Source: Gammaproteobacteria bacterium (GTDB taxonomy: Bacteria; Pseudomonadota; Gammaproteobacteria; SZUA-152). Taken from it: a stretch of DNA of 64,000 nt. Within the stretch, counting starts at the first letter, position 1, and every line of letters starts with the position of its first letter. The stretch is from contig JAADGF010000096.1 in assembly GCA_013152545.1 (NCBI GenBank), forward strand, positions 19,110 to 83,109. Reading direction: 5' to 3'. Below, one piece after another: positions 38,741-48,846 of the stretch. Made by a program: the position numbers and the translations under genes. Under the pieces are notes generated by a model. The model had not been told where the DNA came from. It searched no databases and saw nothing but the letters and a program-made list of their open reading frames with translations.

Positions 38741-39298
38741 ACATTCATTTCCGATATTTTTTTGTTGTTTACTGACGCCAATACCTTATATAACCATAAT
38801 CGCCCTCGCTAATTCTATGAACTATTACCATCCTTGATGAATCTCTAACGAACCAACAGGTCACATTTTGTGCTTTGAAATCTATCGAGTTTGGAAAACA
38901 TTGATCGCTGAGTACAGGACGCCAGTGCTGTTTAATCTAAATCCATCCGTTGAGTACTTGTTAATTGTTAAGTTTCAATAACTCTTTGAAATAATTGATA
39001 TATTATATTTTTCCAGCGTCATTCAAAGCGTCGTCACGCGACGAGTTTATCGGCACGTTTTTTTATAGCGTCTTTCATCGTGAAAAACGTACGCTACTTG
39101 CCGTCCTAACGGATGGTTTTAGGTTCAAAGCCGGAAAAATTTTATAAAAATGGTGATTGACGGACTAAACCAGTCGATACACTGCTGTGTCTATAGATAC
39201 GAGTCTACGGAAATTCATGATCGGTTGTTTATCCGTGTGACAAGTACAACGATTTCATGTCGCGATATTTGCACGAAGCGTGTAGAACTAGTGCCGTA

Positions 39299-39321
39299 CT
39301 AGGAGGGGCTGTTCGAGAATA
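39299..39321 (+). repeat. Solo end of MITE family A
   Basis: CTAG-GAGGGGCTGTTCGAGAATA, compared with CTAG-GAGCCTGTTCGAGAATA at 45473. Confidence 0.55.
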
Positions 39322-39373
39322 GAGTATTACTGCAAGACTTTAAAAATACGTAATTCGAAGCAATTGGTAACGT

Positions 39374-40114
39374 TTGATGAAAATGGAAAATGCAGCAATA
39401 AATAACACTATTTTGCTCAGTGCAGTTAACAAACCACCGTTGAGAAAACTGCAAGACAATAATGGGGCGGCATCCTTGCCTAGCCAGGAACACATAGCGC
39501 CCGAAAATCGAAAAAATACGGGAGCTTCGATTTGGTGGCAATTAAAAGCAGCATTACTCCATTATAGCATTTCTGAATTCAATAGCCCTGCCCTTTATAA
39601 TATACTCATGCAGCTTAACGTACAGTATGCACAACAGATGACAGGCTCTCCGCAGTACGCACAAATATTGCGAAAAATACGATCAAAATGTCAGCATAAA
39701 CAACCCTGGTTGTCGCACTGCCTAGCGAGCGATGAGGTTTTACAAGTCAATCTTGAAGCGGTATCCGAGCAAGCTACACCGATGCACAGCTATTCCGGGT
39801 CAGCTGGGTTAATGCTCATCATCGAAGGTAACCTGCACTTGACTCGATACACAGAACAGGTAAACGCGCTTACTGACTGTAGTCTGTTTTCTAAACTCGT
39901 GCGAAAAACCGTAGACCAGCTGCGCCCAGCACAAGGCATATTATTAAAGCAAGATACTGGTTCTATTATCAATATGTATGCGCAACAAAACTACTGTATA
40001 TTTTTTAATATTTTTTTAAAAGATAATGCACTGTATCCTCATTATTTTTATTACCCGACCTACCGCAGCCTAACGCCGCACAGTTTGTTTGTCCGTAGAG
40101 TCAGAGTACACTGA
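39374..40114 (+). CDS. Hypothetical protein with a degenerate thiol-dioxygenase-like (CDO/ADO/PCO) cupin
   Basis: TPMHSYSGSAGLMLIIEGNL and GSIINMYA..CIFFNI follow the thiol dioxygenase cupin pattern but lack most His ligands. Confidence 0.55.
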   Translation: MMKMENAAINNTILLSAVNKPPLRKLQDNNGAASLPSQEHIAPENRKNTGASIWWQLKAALLHYSISEFNSPALYNILMQLNVQYAQQMTGSPQYAQILRKIRSKCQHKQPWLSHCLASDEVLQVNLEAVSEQATPMHSYSGSAGLMLIIEGNLHLTRYTEQVNALTDCSLFSKLVRKTVDQLRPAQGILLKQDTGSIINMYAQQNYCIFFNIFLKDNALYPHYFYYPTYRSLTPHSLFVRRVRVH

Positions 40115-40509
40115 CATTTGTCAGTCACATTCGATATCTGGCTTATTCCTGAACAAAAACATACCGATTTTCTGTGAACACTATATAATTCCACCGAAAG
40201 CCTAAATTTATTGCTTTATCACTTCAATATTGATGAAGTGATAGACAATATTTTTATTTATTGCTGATGATTTGTACGTTAAGCGAGCTAAATACAGCGA
40301 CGCAATACCGCTTATATGGGTGAAATCGTACTGCTGCATGAGGCTATGGCTGTAAAAACAATACGTTGCTCACAATGCCGAGAACTAATGCTACAATCAC
40401 TGTTTTCACTAAACATGTTTCATCAAAAACTACCCGACCGACTAGCAATAAAGACGAAATAGACAAACAGCATTAAGAACATTTCAATATATAACATGCA
40501 GGAAACCAC

Positions 40510-41571
40510 ATGGCAGATTTAAAAAACGACCGATTTTTACGTGCATTATTACGCAAACCTGTGGATGTCACTCCAGTATGGATGATGCGGCAAGCAGGTC
40601 GCTATCTGCCTGAATATCGTGCCACACGTAAAAAAGCAGGCAGTTTTATGGATCTGTGTCGCTCCCCGGAGCTAGCCTGTGAGGTTACGTTACAACCCCT
40701 GGATCGATACCCGTTGGATGCGGCGATTCTGTTTTCCGATATTCTTACAATTCCTGACGCCATGGGGCTAGGCTTAAAATTTAACACGGGGGAAGGCCCT
40801 ACGTTCGAACGCCCGGTCCGCAGCGCACGGGATGTGGCTGCATTGGGCGTTATTGACCCTAACGCTGAATTAAAATATGTCACAGACGCTGTCAGCGTGA
40901 TTCGCAAAGCACTGAATGGCCGAGTGCCGTTGATTGGTTTTTCAGGTAGTCCCTGGACATTAGCCACCTATATGGTAGAAGGTAGTTCCAGTAAAGAATA
41001 TTCAAAAGTAAAAGGCATGATGTTTGACCAGCCAAAACTGATGCATCAATTACTGGATACTCTGGCACAATCAGTCATTCAGTATCTCAATGCTCAGATC
41101 AAAGCAGGCGCTCAAGCGGTCATGGTCTTTGATACTTGGGGTGGCGTATTAACCTCGCGCGACTATCGAGAATTCTCCCTGCAATACATGACTCAGATCG
41201 TTGATGGTCTTATCAACGAAAATGAAGGGCAGCCCGTTCCTTCCATTTTATTTACCAAAGGGGGGGGGGCCTGGCTGGAAGATATGGCACTCAGTAAATG
41301 TAATGCCCTTGGGGTGGACTGGACGATAGACATTGGCGAAGCGCGTAACAGGGTTGGTGACAAGGTCGCGCTTCAGGGCAATATGGACCCGTGTATTTTA
41401 TATGCCTCTCCGGAAAGAATCCGAGAGGAAGTGGCCACTATTCTGGCCAGTTATGGTAAAGGGGAGGGCCATGTGTTTAATTTAGGGCATGGAATTCACC
41501 CTGCCATTAATCCTGAGCATGTTGCTGCATTTATTAATGCGGTGCATGAATTTAGTGCGCAATATCATTAA
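40510..41571 (+). CDS. hemE: Uroporphyrinogen decarboxylase
   Basis: [31 protein letters not shown] and FNLGHG motifs. Confidence 0.98.
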   Translation: MADLKNDRFLRALLRKPVDVTPVWMMRQAGRYLPEYRATRKKAGSFMDLCRSPELACEVTLQPLDRYPLDAAILFSDILTIPDAMGLGLKFNTGEGPTFERPVRSARDVAALGVIDPNAELKYVTDAVSVIRKALNGRVPLIGFSGSPWTLATYMVEGSSSKEYSKVKGMMFDQPKLMHQLLDTLAQSVIQYLNAQIKAGAQAVMVFDTWGGVLTSRDYREFSLQYMTQIVDGLINENEGQPVPSILFTKGGGAWLEDMALSKCNALGVDWTIDIGEARNRVGDKVALQGNMDPCILYASPERIREEVATILASYGKGEGHVFNLGHGIHPAINPEHVAAFINAVHEFSAQYH

Positions 41572-41687
41572 AAAACCAGCCACGAATGATTCGTGTGTGT
41601 TGTTTGTAGCGGCCATTCATTGATTTTGTGCGTATATTTCCTGCAGTGCTTTTGGTTTTACGGGGAAATGTCAATTAATCACTTTAC

Positions 41688-41842
41688 TATACCCATAGCG
41701 TTTGAGCGTTGAGTGTAGATGTGTGTCATATTTATTTCATCGCTCGGCAAAACGACGCGTAATAGCGGGACTATTGCAAGGAATTTCAACGTCGCCATGG
41801 AATGAAGAGGGCGTGCAGTAAAGCCTAAATTTCAAACGCCAT
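41688..41842 (+). mobile_element. MITE family B copy (right end eroded)
   Basis: Starts TATACCCATAGCGTTTGAG and aligns with the reverse complement of 57547-57732, including CTATTGCAAGGAATTTCAACG. Confidence 0.8.
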
Positions 41843-41915
41843 ATTAGGTTCAGCTAATTGTGTTAGGTTGAAGCGATCATATTGTGTCAAGCATGAAGAG
41901 GCTGCGTTAACGCCG

Positions 41916-42971
41916 TTATTTTTTGGTATTGAGCTCATAAGATAAAACTTCATGGGTCAATGGGGTTTGTAACGCAACTCCCATTTTGGTGGACACATTA
42001 AATGCGGCGTGATTGATGGCAAATTTGGCCTCGAACAAGCGATAGACATTAGCCACCGTGTAATACAAACGCCATACCACGGCATGATCACCAGTATTAA
42101 CTAATCGTATGCGCGGTGTTTTTTCCGCATTGAGGCACTTTTCATTTTCAGTTGCGGTTTCCCATACTTTGAGCAACATAGCTTCCACCTGATCACCGCT
42201 AACGCTGTATCCAATATTAAAGTCCACGTATTGTTCAAGGCCACTTGCGGGTGCGGCGGATAGGACTTCGATTTTAGAATTTCTAAAACGTGAATTTGGC
42301 ATTAAAATCAGGTAACGATGTGCTAGGTCACGTAGCGTAATTTGAGTTAATGATATTTTTAATACGATAGCCATTAACTGGTGCTCATCCACTTTGACCA
42401 CACAGCCTGGTTCAACATCTCTATTGTAAAGAAGGATCAAGCCGTTAATATTATCCGGTACCCAGACATCCTTGGTGGAAAACAAAACCACCAACAAGCC
42501 ACCGAGCACAGACGTCGCTTGTAACCAACTTGTCATACCCCAAATATTAATAATGACTAAAAATGCTGTAATGGCTGCAACCAAAAAAATAATCAAACCA
42601 AATATTTCGGACTGATAGGTCTCTGACCGGTACTCGACACCGTCTATTTCCTTTAGCCGACCATAGCGATTTAGCAAAAACACTTGACTGAAATGCACTG
42701 ACAGATAGGCCAGCAAAATAACGAGACCTGTTTCAGAAATTTGTCGTGCATGTTCTGTAAAAAATGCCGCAGATAAATACAAGGCAATTAAAACAAGACT
42801 GATAACACGCAACACCCAAAGCCGAGCGGTAAAAGAATTTTCATCAAGGCTGCGATAAGTGCTGCCGACGATACGCCGTGAAAAAAGAAAGAGGAGAACA
42901 TTGATGAGCAAAACAACATATTCAAACCCGCCAAACCCCAACATAATATCAATTTTTTGTAATTTATCCAT
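41916..42971 (-). CDS. MscS-family mechanosensitive channel
   Basis: N-terminal TMs, a beta domain (PGCVVKVD..ISLTQITL..LMPNS) and a C-terminal DFNIGY domain. Confidence 0.8.
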   Translation of the reverse strand: MDKLQKIDIMLGFGGFEYVVLLINVLLFLFSRRIVGSTYRSLDENSFTARLWVLRVISLVLIALYLSAAFFTEHARQISETGLVILLAYLSVHFSQVFLLNRYGRLKEIDGVEYRSETYQSEIFGLIIFLVAAITAFLVIINIWGMTSWLQATSVLGGLLVVLFSTKDVWVPDNINGLILLYNRDVEPGCVVKVDEHQLMAIVLKISLTQITLRDLAHRYLILMPNSRFRNSKIEVLSAAPASGLEQYVDFNIGYSVSGDQVEAMLLKVWETATENEKCLNAEKTPRIRLVNTGDHAVVWRLYYTVANVYRLFEAKFAINHAAFNVSTKMGVALQTPLTHEVLSYELNTKK

Positions 42972-43191
42972 GGTGGTTGTACACGACCTGATGGTTTATT
43001 TTATCGATGAAAAATAGAATATAAGCAGAATAGCATACTATAGTCATAAGGTTTGAAGTTTAGATGTGCGCACAATAACGTCTCTATTTGGTACTCGGTT
43101 TTGTCTTCTGAATCGCTCTATCTCCTGTATCCATGCAGTTGTCATCTTCAGCCCACCGGTGCAGAGTCGCCGATTATTCTGGCGATTTTTC

Positions 43192-43200
43192 TGTTATAAT
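43192..43200 (+). promoter_or_regulatory. Extended -10 element upstream of ppk1
   Basis: TGTTATAAT (TGnTATAAT) 200 bp before ppk1; a chance match in AT-rich DNA is possible. Confidence 0.35.
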
Positions 43201-43400
43201 TAAAAAAAATAGTGGCTTTTCATTTGCAATGTATTTTAGTTTTATATCAAATGGACGGTAATCTGCGAAAACGATTTAATGCTAGTAAATAGTCGAAGCA
43301 GATAATTCAAGTAACATTAGCATAGCCAATTCTGATCGGTTTAGTTCAACTGATATTTCTACTAATCTTCAAAAAACCACGCAACAGTGATACAAAACTC

Positions 43401-45476
43401 ATGGATACAAGTGATTTAAAACAACCGGAACTCTATATCAATCGTGAGCTAAGTCTGCTTGAGTTTAACTGGCGGGTGTTGGAACAGGCCAAAGATGACT
43501 CAATTCCTTTGCTTGAACGCTTGCGTTATTTATGCATATCCACCACTAATTTAGACGAATTTTTTGAGGTCCGTGTCGCTGCCCTTATTCAGCGTGCTCA
43601 GCTTGGATCAACGCAGGCAGGCCCTGATAACATGATGCCACAGGAAATTTTAAACGCGATCAGTACACGTAGCCATGAAATAGTTACCGAACAATACAAC
43701 GTGCTCAATAATATGATGTTCCCGTTACTCAAAAAACAAAACGTTCGTTTTATTCGGCGCGCAGAATGGAATAATTCACAGGAAAAATGGTTATACAGCT
43801 ATTTTCAGGAAGAGTTATTGCCCATCCTGAGCCCGCTGGGCTTGGACCCCGCACACCCGTTCCCCAGAATCTTAAACAAGAGCTTGAACTTTATCGTTCA
43901 ACTAACAGGCAAAGATGCCTTTGGTAGGAACAGTGGTCTTGCCATTGTGCAAGCGCCCCGAGCTTTGCCTCGCGTTATTCAATTGCCTAAAGATGAAACG
44001 CAGAGTGGTTCGCACGACTTTGTATTTCTATCTTCTATTATTCACTCTTATGCTAATGAATTGTTCCACGGCATGAAAATCAAGGGTTGTTACCAATTTC
44101 GGGTAACGCGAAACAGTAATTTGTTTGTCGATGAAGAAGAGGTGGGGGATCTACTACGCGCAGTCGAAGGCGAACTTGCCTCACGCCGTTACGGCGATGC
44201 CGTGCGATTGGAAATTGCACATAATTGCCCAGATAATTTAGTTAAGTTTTTATTAGATCGGTTTGAGATAACCGAAAAAGAATTGTTTCAAGTGGAGGGT
44301 CCCGTGAATCTTAACCGGACCCAAGCCGTGTATGACTTAATCGACAAACCGGACTTGAAGTTTCCCTCATTCACACCCAGCATACCGCAGGAACTGCTCC
44401 GGTCCAGTGATATATTTAACGTTATAAAGAAGGGGGATATACTGCTGCATCATCCTTTTCAGTCATTTGCCCCGGTGCTTGATTTTATTCGGCAAGCTTC
44501 CACCGATCCTAATGTGCTGAGCATTAAGCAAACCCTGTATCGAACGGGTGCTCAGTCCACGATTGTCGACCATCTTGTGGAAGCAGCCAGAGCGGGGAAA
44601 GAGGTGACAGTGGTCGTGGAGCTTCGTGCTCGATTTGATGAGGCAGCAAACATTGAGTTGGCGACAAAACTGCAAGAAGCTGGGGTTCACGTTGTCTATG
44701 GGATTGTGGGCTATAAAACACACGCAAAAATGGTGCATATAGTACGGCGTGAAAACAAACGCTTACGGCAATATGTGCACTTGGGTACAGGCAATTATCA
44801 CGCACGCACTGCGCGTCTTTACACCGATTATGGTTTATTGACCTGTGACAAACAAATTGGTAAAGACATCCATAATGTCTTTTTACAATTAACCAGCCTT
44901 GGTAAAGTTGCTAAACTGGATAAAATATTACAATCGCCATTTACCTTGCACAACGAACTGCTCAACAAAATAGAACAAGAAATCAGCTTTGCAACGAAAG
45001 GTAGGCCCGCGCGTATTATCGTTAAGGTAAATGCCTTAACTGAACGTCAGGTTATCCATGGCCTGTACCGTGCCTCCATAGCAGGTGTCAAAATAGATCT
45101 AATCATTCGTGGTATTTGCGATCTGAGACCCGGCATTCCCGGTGTCTCGGATAATATTCAGGTGCGTTCCATTGTGGGACGTTTTTTAGAGCACACCCGT
45201 GTATATTATTTTGAGAATGATGGCAAACCGGAAGTCTACGCTGCCAGTGCAGACTGGATGTCACGAAACTTAATGCAACGTGTTGAAACCTGTTTTCCCT
45301 TACAGTCCGTAGCACTGCGTGACAGAGTCATTAAAGATATAAACTATTACTTAAAAGATAACAAGCAAGCGTGGCAACTACATAACGATGGCACTTACCG
45401 GCGTATTACTGCCGATGGGGAAGAATTGTTCTCTGCACAAGCAATGTTGCTTGAAAAGCTTGCTCAAAATTCCTAG
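43401..45476 (+). CDS. ppk1: Polyphosphate kinase 1
   Basis: NRELSLLEFN, LLHHPFQSF, ELRARFDE, KTHAK, GTGNY, RFLEH and SADWM motifs. Confidence 0.98.
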   Translation: MDTSDLKQPELYINRELSLLEFNWRVLEQAKDDSIPLLERLRYLCISTTNLDEFFEVRVAALIQRAQLGSTQAGPDNMMPQEILNAISTRSHEIVTEQYNVLNNMMFPLLKKQNVRFIRRAEWNNSQEKWLYSYFQEELLPILSPLGLDPAHPFPRILNKSLNFIVQLTGKDAFGRNSGLAIVQAPRALPRVIQLPKDETQSGSHDFVFLSSIIHSYANELFHGMKIKGCYQFRVTRNSNLFVDEEEVGDLLRAVEGELASRRYGDAVRLEIAHNCPDNLVKFLLDRFEITEKELFQVEGPVNLNRTQAVYDLIDKPDLKFPSFTPSIPQELLRSSDIFNVIKKGDILLHHPFQSFAPVLDFIRQASTDPNVLSIKQTLYRTGAQSTIVDHLVEAARAGKEVTVVVELRARFDEAANIELATKLQEAGVHVVYGIVGYKTHAKMVHIVRRENKRLRQYVHLGTGNYHARTARLYTDYGLLTCDKQIGKDIHNVFLQLTSLGKVAKLDKILQSPFTLHNELLNKIEQEISFATKGRPARIIVKVNALTERQVIHGLYRASIAGVKIDLIIRGICDLRPGIPGVSDNIQVRSIVGRFLEHTRVYYFENDGKPEVYAASADWMSRNLMQRVETCFPLQSVALRDRVIKDINYYLKDNKQAWQLHNDGTYRRITADGEELFSAQAMLLEKLAQNS

Positions 45477-45660
45477 GAGCCTGTTCGAGAATAAAAAGCT
45501 TACTGCGAAAACGCCATATTGGCCCATTCTTAGATTATTACATTAAATAGACTCAATATCGCTTCAAATGCCAAAAATAGATGCCTGATGCAATCGAAAA
45601 AATGGACTCAAAAGGGTATTTTTCCTTGTGGACAGCGGCTATTTTCGAACAGGCGCCTAG
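45473..45660 (+). mobile_element. MITE family A, full copy
   Basis: CTAG-GAGCCTGTTCGAGAATA ... TATTTTCGAACAGGCGC-CTAG. The left CTAG contains the ppk1 TAG stop. Confidence 0.87.
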
Positions 45661-45826
45661 GGGCTGTTGAAGCTAAACTCATCAGTTGAGTGCTTATAAA
45701 GAACGTGCGCGCCATAACGTCTCTATTTTGCTTCCCGGTATTACCACCCCCATCGATGGGGGATCTTCAGTCCGTCTTCGCCTGCGGTGTCTACTTCTGG
45801 TGCCTGTTTGCGTTCAACAAAAAAGC

Positions 45827-47344
45827 TCAGGAAAATTCTAATGCAACCCCCGCATTTACCAAATAGAGTACTTCCTGCTCCAAATCAGCGGCGGTCAATG
45901 CTTTTTTGTGCAACCAACCCGGTGGGAATTGAATAGCCAGGCCACCCTCAGTTACCGTTAATGAAAATGTCGGTAAGGCTTCTGCACTCCGGCTACGATT
46001 CAATAATACTGACAGCCGCAAAATAATCGCCAATTGTTGCGCCATATATACCCATTTCTGTGGCAATTGCTTAATCAGTGTTTTAGGGAATTTACCACGA
46101 TGGGATTGTACCAACGCCGCTAATAGTGCGTGATTTTGCTGTGAAAAGCCTGGTAAATCTGCATTACTAACAATATAGGCGCCGTGTTTATGATAATGAG
46201 CATGTGCGATACTTAAGCCAATTTCATGTAATCGGGCCGCCCATTCAAGCCATTCAGATGCTACGTCGAAATCTAAATTCCAAGTATCGCTCAATTGTTC
46301 CAGGCAATAGTGAGCAGTCTTCATCACTCTAAGCGTATGTTCTTCAGCAACATGAAAACGCTGGGCCAGGCTTTTCACGCTTTGATGCCGCACATCTTCG
46401 CGCTGTATGCGCCCCAATAAATCGTGTATTACCCCTTCGCGTACTGCTCCCTCTGAAATATCCAGGTGGTCAATATTGAATGCTTTAAAAATACCCCATA
46501 AAATTGCTACACCACCTACAAAAACGGGTGTCCGGTCAGCACTTAAGCCCTTCAACTTAATATTATCGACATGTTTTACCTCTATCAGGTGTTTAATCAA
46601 CTTTTTCAAAGCGTTATAGCTGATTCCATGATCACACCATCCCGCTTGTGATATAACCTGGCTCACCGCTTTGATGGTACCCGATGCACCAAGCACTTGA
46701 CTCCAGCCAACATTGCGGAATACTCTTTCGATAGGTTCCAGTTCGACTCGCGCAGCGATTTCTGCTTTTTCCATCGCTTTGTTAGTAATATTGCCGTTAG
46801 AAAAGTATTTGTTTGTGCTGGATACACATCCCATATAAAGACTTTCCATACACATAGGCTCAACGCCCTCGCCAATAATCACCTCAGTACTGCCACCACC
46901 AATATCAATAACCAGACGATGTTCCTTAGCCACTGGTAGATTGTAAGAGACACCAAGGTAGATTAAGCGGGCCTCTTCCATACCGGATATGATTTCAATG
47001 CAGTGTCCCAGGCACTTTTCTGCTTTTTGTAGAAATTGCACTGAATTTATCGCAGTACGTAATGTATTTGTTCCCACAGCACGTATATTACCCTTTGGAA
47101 TTTCCAGCAACCGTTCACTGAACTGCTGCAAGCAATCCAATGCAATTGCCTGAGAGCGGTCATTCAATCGTTTTGACTCATCAAGTCCTGCGGACAAGCG
47201 AACCATAACCCGTAAACGATCGATGACATGAATATCCTGCTCCTGAATCTGAACAACAATCATATGAAAACTATTGGAACCCAAATCAATAGCGGCGTAA
47301 GTATTAGAACCTTTTTTCCTGGATGGAAAGATAGTTTTTATCAT
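45827..47344 (-). CDS. ppx: Exopolyphosphatase Ppx/GppA
   Basis: AAIDLGSNSFH, EEARLIY, DIGGGSTE, GAVREG and HEIG motifs; convergent with ppk1. Confidence 0.93.
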   Translation of the reverse strand: MIKTIFPSRKKGSNTYAAIDLGSNSFHMIVVQIQEQDIHVIDRLRVMVRLSAGLDESKRLNDRSQAIALDCLQQFSERLLEIPKGNIRAVGTNTLRTAINSVQFLQKAEKCLGHCIEIISGMEEARLIYLGVSYNLPVAKEHRLVIDIGGGSTEVIIGEGVEPMCMESLYMGCVSSTNKYFSNGNITNKAMEKAEIAARVELEPIERVFRNVGWSQVLGASGTIKAVSQVISQAGWCDHGISYNALKKLIKHLIEVKHVDNIKLKGLSADRTPVFVGGVAILWGIFKAFNIDHLDISEGAVREGVIHDLLGRIQREDVRHQSVKSLAQRFHVAEEHTLRVMKTAHYCLEQLSDTWNLDFDVASEWLEWAARLHEIGLSIAHAHYHKHGAYIVSNADLPGFSQQNHALLAALVQSHRGKFPKTLIKQLPQKWVYMAQQLAIILRLSVLLNRSRSAEALPTFSLTVTEGGLAIQFPPGWLHKKALTAADLEQEVLYLVNAGVALEFS

Positions 47345-47386
47345 TTCTTTATCCTGACATATTTTCGGTCTGTTTACCGATATCTC

Positions 47387-47395
47387 ATTATAACA
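47387..47395 (-). promoter_or_regulatory. Extended -10 element upstream of ppx
   Basis: TGTTATAAT on the minus strand, 42 bp before the ppx start. Confidence 0.45.
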
Positions 47396-47453
47396 TTATG
47401 ATTTGAGTTAATTTCAATTACGACTCTATCCAAATTGACTGAATCCTGCAACG

Positions 47454-47472
47454 TAAGGGTCTGTAAAGAAAT
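47454..47472 (+). repeat. 19-bp direct repeat, copy 1 (IS/MITE-end-like)
   Basis: TAAGGGTCTGTAAAGAAAT, identical at 48670-48688. Confidence 0.7.
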
Positions 47473-48147
47473 AAGTTGAACAGATAGCGCCGGATATCGT
47501 TTCGTCTTCAACCTAAATTACATCTCAGTTGAATCTACTGCGAACGCCTTGTCATTCCATCTCATAAAATGCTTTTTTTCGAATCGTATTTTTAATTGTT
47601 ATGCGAATACCTGTAGCGCTAGAAATTTAAGTGTCAAGGAATAAATCGGGTGTACAATACTGCCGAAACCCTTTAAACATCACGGGTATATCCATAATAA
47701 AGCAGCAATTAATGCTTTTCCTGGATACACAAATGCATTGCATTTAAATTTTCTACGATTATCATGCTATACCCATTAACCTAAAACCGTCAGTTGGACA
47801 ACGTGTCGCGTGTTGACCTTTTAAATGAAGCGGGTAAAAGCACAATATTTCAGTTTTTTCAAAAGGTTAGTGGTGCTTGTAAGTGCTCAACTGATGAGCT
47901 TAGAGTCATGGATGAATTTCTATAATATTGATGTGATGTCAGCCTTTTCTTGAGCATCTGTTGGCCACCGTATTGCTGCGTTTCGTGTGTAGCCGTCGTC
48001 ATGTTTATAATGTCGCTGCTTGTCACGGGTAATATGCAGCAAATCACCAAAGGGCAGCCAAGGGTGCATCAAGCACGGAAACCTATCCGTAATGGGTAAA
48101 AATAACAACTTCAATCATGTAACTCCTTTTAATTCCAAGGTTTCATT

Positions 48148-48609
48148 ATGAGCAAACAGCACGTATTCACCCTCAAAGATTTACCCAAGAACATAACCGT
48201 TACTCCTGAAACCAAATGTGATTATTGCAAACAATCCATTTGCTGTACCTATATAACGCAGGAAATCGATGCACCAAAATCCATGAAAGACTACGATTAT
48301 TTATTATGGTTAATTTCGCACCGTGATGTCAGCATTTTTAAAGATGATGACGGCTGGTTTATGAGTGCTATAAACCCTTGTTTACATCTTATGTCCAATG
48401 GTAATTGTGGTATTTATGACGCCAGGCCCGAAATCTGTCGAACACATAGCAATGATTGCTGTGAATTTGATGGGGCTGCGGAAGAGGATTTTAAGAAATA
48501 TTTTAATAGTTACGAAAAACTTGATGACTATTGTCGCCAAAAATTCAAGAAATGGGATGCACGTTTTGAAAAATGGGAAAAGAAAAAGAACAGGAAAAAA
48601 AATAAATAG
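48148..48609 (+). CDS. YkgJ family cysteine-cluster protein
   Basis: CDYCKQSICC, CLHL..CGIYDARPEICR and a basic C-terminal tail. Confidence 0.88.
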   Translation: MSKQHVFTLKDLPKNITVTPETKCDYCKQSICCTYITQEIDAPKSMKDYDYLLWLISHRDVSIFKDDDGWFMSAINPCLHLMSNGNCGIYDARPEICRTHSNDCCEFDGAAEEDFKKYFNSYEKLDDYCRQKFKKWDARFEKWEKKKNRKKNK

Positions 48610-48669
48610 CATCATAGCTGTCGTTCCAGCGTGGTAAGAAATGGGTGTGTAACATTCCTTATTTAACTC

Positions 48670-48688
48670 TAAGGGTCTGTAAAGAAAT
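48670..48688 (+). repeat. 19-bp direct repeat, copy 2
   Basis: TAAGGGTCTGTAAAGAAAT, identical to 47454-47472. Confidence 0.7.
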
Positions 48689-48762
48689 GGCGTGAACATT
48701 TAGCTTGTTTATCATTGCGTCTCCGGCGTTGCGCAAAAGATCACCTACAACGAGATAAGGCA

Positions 48763-48776
48763 TTGATTTACATCAG
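48763..48776 (+). promoter_or_regulatory. FNR/Anr box
   Basis: TTGAT-TTAC-ATCAG (1 mismatch) with -10 TATTAT at 48798-48803, giving class II spacing. Confidence 0.65.
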
Positions 48777-48846
48777 CAAGCATCAAAGTGGATCGATTAT
48801 TATTAAGTCGTAAACTCTACGAGCGCAATACAAAAAAGGTAGATAA

